From assembly GCF_000015145.1 (NCBI RefSeq), contig NC_008818.1, positions 810,001 through 842,000 on the forward strand: 32,000 bases of DNA. The letters are read 5' to 3'. The position numbers and the translations under genes are program-made. Every line of letters begins with the position of its first letter. The first letter of the stretch is position 1. The stretch is from Hyperthermus butylicus DSM 5456 (GTDB lineage: Archaea > Thermoproteota > Thermoprotei_A > Sulfolobales > Pyrodictiaceae). The notes beneath the pieces were generated by a model. The model was not told the origin of the DNA. It was given only the letters and a program-made list of their open reading frames with translations, and made no database searches. Below are positions 27,811 to 32,000 of this stretch, piece by piece.

Positions 27811-30027
27811 CTAGAAGGGTGATATGAAGTCCTCCGGCTTTGGCGGCTCTGGCGGCAGACCCTTCCTTTCACGTATCTTCTTCACTAGGTCCATTAACAT
27901 GTTGTCTGGTACGGGTGCCCACCTGCTGAACTCTGTGCCCCAGAATGCTCTGCCTTGTGTAGCGCTCCTAAGCTCTGGCGCCAGGTCGAAGCTCTCGGCT
28001 ACCGGTATCTCCGCTATAATCCTCATCATTAGACCATACTCCTTCATGTCTATTATCTTGCCGCGCCTCCTAGATATGACTGCTATCACGTTGCTTACAT
28101 ACTCCTGTGGTACACGAATGTCCAGCTTCTGTATGGGCTCGAGCAGTGTTGGTTTAGCTGTGAGCATACCGGCGAATATTGCGTTCCTAACAGCTGGGTA
28201 GATCTGGGCTGGGCCCCTGTGTGCGGGGTCCTCGTGTATCACTGCATCGTGCAGTACCACCTTGATGCCGCGAACAGGCTCCTTGGCTAGTGGACCCTCC
28301 TTCATTGCTAGGCGGAAGCCCTGGATAATAGTGTCCTTTACCTCACGTAGGTGCTGTACACCGGTTGTCTTGTCTACAAAGACATTGATGTTCTCATCGA
28401 TAGCCCATATCCTCTTGGCCTCGTCGTAGTCCCAGCCTGCCTTCTCCTTTAGTATCTTAGCCCTCTCATACGGATCCTGGTCCTCGCGGACAACACCAGA
28501 CTGTATGAGCTTTATTGTCTCCTCGTCAAGCGGCTCAACGCTTATGTATAGCTTGTTGTGCTTGTTGGGGCTCTTGCCCTCGAATACCTGGCTCTTAGCC
28601 CTAATGGTCTCTCTGTACACTACTATTGGCGGGCTTGTCTTTACCTCGAGGCCAAAGTTCTCCTTTAGCCACCATACAGCAATCTCAATGTGCAGTGGAC
28701 CCATACCGCTTAAGAGGTACTCGCCGGTCTCCTGGTTGATCTTTACCTGTAGCGTTGGGTCCTCAATGCTTAGCTTGTAGAGGGCGTCAATAAGCTTTGG
28801 CAAGTCCTTCGGGTCCTTCGGCTCGATGGCTACCGTTACTACTGGCTCTGATACGTACTTCAGCTGCTCGAATGGTGACACCTTCTCCTTCCACTCAACA
28901 GCAACAGCTGTCTCACCAGCACGTGCATCCTCGAGGCCAAGGGCAGCACCAATGTTACCTGCTGGGATCTCGTCTACAACTTCACGGTCTGGACCCATGT
29001 AGATGCTTACCTGTAACACCTTGGCCTGCTTCTTAGCGTTTATCAGCCAGACCTCCTCGCCCTGCCTTAGGGTACCGCTGAATATCCTGCCAGTTGCTAC
29101 TAGCCTCCTTATCTTCGGGTCGACCCTCATGAATGATATCGCATAGACCAGTGGGCCGTTGGGATCAGCCTCTAGCATTGCCTTACCTACTTCACTATTG
29201 ATGTCGCCCCTCCATATCTTTGGTATCCTGTATCTCTGAGCATCCCTCGGATTCGGTATGAACTTGACCACTGCGTCTAGTAGCGCTTCATGGAGTGGTG
29301 CAACCTTCGTGGCGAACTCTTCTACTGCATCCTTACCCTTCTTGTATGCTTCAATAATATCGCTGAACTTTATCCCCTTCTTCTGGGCCATCGGGATACT
29401 TATGCCCCACTTGTCACGTGCACTACCGAAGATCACCATACCGCTTGTTGGGTTTAGCAGCCACTTCTCCCTGAACTCTGGATCAGCGTAGAGGCGTATC
29501 AGGTTGTTGACCTCCTTTATTATCTCTATGAAGCGCTGCTGTATCTGCTGGGGAGTGTACTTTAGCTCCTTTATCAGCCTGTCGACCTTGTTTATGAATA
29601 GTATCGGTCTTACTCTCTCTTCGAGGCTCTGCCTCAGCACGGTTTCAGTCTGGGGCATCACACCCTCAACAGCATCTACGACCAGGATAGCACCGTCCAT
29701 CAGCCTTAGGCTCCTGGTCACGTGGCCGGAGAAGTCTACGTGGCCGGGGGTGTCTACGAGGTTGATTACGTATGGCTTGCCCTGGTACTCGTGGTAGAGG
29801 CTTATGTTTGCCGACTTTACCGTGATGCCTCTCTGCTGCTCTACCTTGAGGTAGTCTAGTGCTAGCGCCTCACCCGCGATACGCTGCGAGATAATACCAG
29901 CGGCTGCTAGTAGCGAGTCGCTAGTCGTCGTCTTGCCGTGGTCTACATGGGCAACGATACCAATGTTACGTATCCGCTCGATGTTATTCATTATCTTTAG
30001 GATTTCGTCTACATGCTTGACACGCAT
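27811..30027 (-). CDS. fusA: Translation elongation factor 2 (aEF-2)
   Basis: [78 protein letters not shown]. Confidence 0.98.
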   Translation of the reverse strand: MRVKHVDEILKIMNNIERIRNIGIVAHVDHGKTTTSDSLLAAAGIISQRIAGEALALDYLKVEQQRGITVKSANISLYHEYQGKPYVINLVDTPGHVDFSGHVTRSLRLMDGAILVVDAVEGVMPQTETVLRQSLEERVRPILFINKVDRLIKELKYTPQQIQQRFIEIIKEVNNLIRLYADPEFREKWLLNPTSGMVIFGSARDKWGISIPMAQKKGIKFSDIIEAYKKGKDAVEEFATKVAPLHEALLDAVVKFIPNPRDAQRYRIPKIWRGDINSEVGKAMLEADPNGPLVYAISFMRVDPKIRRLVATGRIFSGTLRQGEEVWLINAKKQAKVLQVSIYMGPDREVVDEIPAGNIGAALGLEDARAGETAVAVEWKEKVSPFEQLKYVSEPVVTVAIEPKDPKDLPKLIDALYKLSIEDPTLQVKINQETGEYLLSGMGPLHIEIAVWWLKENFGLEVKTSPPIVVYRETIRAKSQVFEGKSPNKHNKLYISVEPLDEETIKLIQSGVVREDQDPYERAKILKEKAGWDYDEAKRIWAIDENINVFVDKTTGVQHLREVKDTIIQGFRLAMKEGPLAKEPVRGIKVVLHDAVIHEDPAHRGPAQIYPAVRNAIFAGMLTAKPTLLEPIQKLDIRVPQEYVSNVIAVISRRRGKIIDMKEYGLMMRIIAEIPVAESFDLAPELRSATQGRAFWGTEFSRWAPVPDNMLMDLVKKIRERKGLPPEPPKPEDFISPF

Positions 30028-30067
30028 ACCCTACTAACACCCGGTGAAGGGGCGAGTAACGGTCCCC

Positions 30068-30082
30068 GGGTTATAAAGTACT
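30068..30082 (-). promoter_or_regulatory. Putative TATA box of the EF-2 gene
   Basis: Minus strand AGTACTTTATAACCC about 44 nt upstream of the start codon. Confidence 0.55.
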
Positions 30083-30137
30083 GGGCTCTCTCTTGTTGCC
30101 CCACCCGGCTCCCGCTCCATGGGCGTCAGGATTGCTG

Positions 30138-30836
30138 CTACTCCCGCTCTGCTTTGGAAGACGTATATGGAGCATGTATTACGCGGTACACCTTTACGGC
30201 TCTCTCATAGCCAAGAACCTTCTCAAGCTCAACTATTGATGCTCTGCATATAGCCTCTATACTGCCGAATTTTTCAAGGAGCCTCTCCGCGAGCCTAGGC
30301 CCTATGCCGGGCAGGCTCTGGACAACATATAGCTGCTGCATCCACAGCTTCTCGAGCCTCGGCTTCCTATGTATAACCACGGGCCTCTGCTTCAGAGCCT
30401 GCTCACGACACGCAACACTATAGATTATTTTTGCTGACTCTTCCGGACCACTGCTCCAGACGATCCTTACACTATAGTCGAGGCTTATCGCCAATAGGGC
30501 AAGCTTAACCTGCAATGCACGCGAGGTAACCCTTTCCAGCTCTGCTGGGTCACCCTCAACGAGTATTATTGGGACTTCATAGTGCTCGCTCAGCCTTCTA
30601 GCCTGGTCGTAGAGCCTGCCATCGAAAAGGCTTGCTGCAAGGTCGTGCATGGTCTTCCTCTCGAATGCAACCCTATCCGAAACAATGTAATCGCCGACAC
30701 CTGCAACAGTGTAGATTACGGCTGCACCCATCTCCCTCAATAAGCGGGGAATGGGGCTAGCCTTCTCCCTCTCGTCAACGTAGACCCGCGGCCTACTACA
30801 CTCGGGCAAGAGCTGTACCCCGTTTAGCTGCTGCAC
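30138..30836 (-). CDS. xpf: XPF/ERCC4-type structure-specific nuclease, crenarchaeal short form with C-terminal (HhH)2
   Basis: VYVDERE, VGDYIVSDRVAFERKTMHDLAASLFDGRLYDQARRL, QSLPGIGPRLAERLLEKFGSIEAI. Confidence 0.94.
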   Translation of the reverse strand: MQQLNGVQLLPECSRPRVYVDEREKASPIPRLLREMGAAVIYTVAGVGDYIVSDRVAFERKTMHDLAASLFDGRLYDQARRLSEHYEVPIILVEGDPAELERVTSRALQVKLALLAISLDYSVRIVWSSGPEESAKIIYSVACREQALKQRPVVIHRKPRLEKLWMQQLYVVQSLPGIGPRLAERLLEKFGSIEAICRASIVELEKVLGYERAVKVYRVIHAPYTSSKAERE

Positions 30837-31063
30837 AACCCGTTAATAGCTTGTAAACCATGGAGCTAGGATGCCCTGGAGGGGCTGTGAGGAATACGCT
30901 AGAGGCCGACACGAAACCCCGGGAGAGTCGCGTGAGGATAGTCCGGCGCACCGAGCCCTTCAAGCATTGCTTGGACCTGCTGTGGCAGCAAGTTTTAGGG
31001 GTTCAGCACCGGGTACCCCGGGCCTGGGGTAGGACTTAGACTAGGGCTGCGAGGGGGGATGCC

Positions 31064-31582
31064 TTGGCTAAGACTAGTGGGCGTAAGAAAAAGGAGCCCG
31101 TGAGCGGCACGAAGAAGGAGCTTGTCATACAGACTAGACCCGCCATAACAAGGGACCAGGTCGAGAAGGATGAGAGGAAGCGTCGCCTCCTCCTAGTGTT
31201 AAAGGCTATGGAGGACCAGGGCGGCATATATGAGAGGAGTCTAGCCCACCTAGTCTACTGGCTACAGAAGGAGAAGGACTTCGACCTAGGCTACAACTTC
31301 TACCTTGTAGGCGACGTACCAATATCTAAGGAGCTACACGAGGACATTGTGGCACTACTCTATGTGGGCCTCGCCGAGACCGACCCCAAGACCAAGAAGC
31401 TTAGGCTTACAAGCGACGGGAAGGAGTTCCTAGAAACCAAGGGTTACGACAAGGAGTTCTATGATAAACTACAAGCAGCCATAGACGAGTATAAACCGAA
31501 GATAGCAGCTATAGATGCACAGATAGAACTCACAACGATACTCTCCAGGCCACGTGCAGCCCGGAGAAGGAGGCTCTTCTAG
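31064..31582 (+). CDS. Conserved-looking basic protein with probable winged-helix fold; TTG start with upstream purine-rich GAGGGGGG
   Basis: RLLLVLKAMEDQGGIYERSLAHLVYWLQKEKDF ... LLYVGLAETDPKTKKLRLTSDGKEFL; no confident family assignment. Confidence 0.65.
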   Translation: MAKTSGRKKKEPVSGTKKELVIQTRPAITRDQVEKDERKRRLLLVLKAMEDQGGIYERSLAHLVYWLQKEKDFDLGYNFYLVGDVPISKELHEDIVALLYVGLAETDPKTKKLRLTSDGKEFLETKGYDKEFYDKLQAAIDEYKPKIAAIDAQIELTTILSRPRAARRRRLF

Positions 31583-31714
31583 CCTTCCCACATCCGCACC
31601 TTTTCCATCCTCCCCGCCTAATCCTGCCTCCCGCTGTACTGCTGCGCCGCGTTAGCGATAACCCCCTCCCCAAAGACACTCCTACCATATCTCTACACGG
31701 CGGGGGGTCAGGGC

Positions 31715-31751
31715 CCCGGCGACGCCGCCGCTGGCGGCTGGGTGAGCCGGG
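31715..31751 (+). other. GC-rich hairpin with K-turn-like asymmetric internal loop
   Basis: CCCGGC-GAC-GCCGCC-gct-GGCGGC-TGGGTGA-GCCGGG. Confidence 0.4.
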
Positions 31752-31791
31752 AGACGAATTGCACGTCGCCCACCATTCCTCCATTACCGTC

Positions 31792-32000
31792 CTAGGGTTC
31801 TAGGAGTGATATGAAGAAGCCCTGGGTCTGGTGCAGGCTTGGCAGGAACCTTGCCGTCTTGCGGGCTACATCACCGTAAACAGCATAGCCATGGGCGGCG
31901 GGGATTCTTGGTCTCCGTAGGCTTGCTGCGCCACGCTCAATAATCTTTACTACCTGCTCCTCACCCTCCATGGGTAGGATGCTGCAGACAGCATAGACTG
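31792..32000 (-). CDS. C-terminal end of NOP2/Sun-family RNA m5C methyltransferase (partial)
   Basis: Hand translation of the minus strand: VYAVCSILPMEGEEQVVKIIERGAASLRRPRIPAAHGYAVYGDVARKTARFLPSLHQTQGFFISLLEP*; the LHQTQGFFIS ending is typical. Confidence 0.8.
   Translation of the reverse strand, partial: VYAVCSILPMEGEEQVVKIIERGAASLRRPRIPAAHGYAVYGDVARKTARFLPSLHQTQGFFISLLEP

Noticed and set aside
30900-31000. RNase P RNA gene suggested by GAGGATAGTCC
   Set aside because: Only the 5' core-like string is present; no ACAGAA-type 3' core and the gap is too short.
31530-31784. Minus-strand ORF of 84 aa (MEEWWATCNSSPGSPSRQ...)
   Set aside because: Composition (Arg/Gly/Ser-rich) reflects the GC-rich structured intergenic DNA; no protein-like pattern.

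Overview
The window looks like ordinary chromosomal DNA from a hyperthermophilic crenarchaeon. Protein flavour, tight gene packing, a TATA-type promoter before EF-2 and an archaeal-style tRNA intron suggest a Desulfurococcales/Pyrodictiaceae relative; this is inference, not a database match. Content in order: partial ORF; homoserine kinase split by a -1 frameshift; Cys/Met-metabolism PLP enzyme; DUF5591-like protein; cyclase-family hydrolase; DUF996 membrane protein; minus-strand oligopeptide ABC transporter (one ATPase, a DppC-like permease split by a +1 frameshift, a DppB-like permease, a large solute-binding protein); divergent membrane-anchored proteins; OB-fold SSB; cytidine deaminase; GcvT; DUF1611 protein; GatB; tRNA-Gln(TTG) with a 23-nt intron; hemD-cobA-hemC-hemL operon; C2H2 mini-protein missing from the ORF track; unusual kinase-like protein; histone-deacetylase family protein; EF-2; XPF nuclease; winged-helix-like protein; C-terminus of a NOP2/Sun methyltransferase. 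I found no CRISPR array, transposon, toxin-antitoxin or recognisable defence island, and no convincing new multi-gene system. Best leads: two sharp frameshifts at short purine/G runs, four GC-rich intergenic regions with nested complementary helices (two sharing a K-turn-like hairpin), the bulge-helix-bulge tRNA intron whose host gene abuts hemD, and the kinase-like protein with a large uncharacterised N-terminal region.
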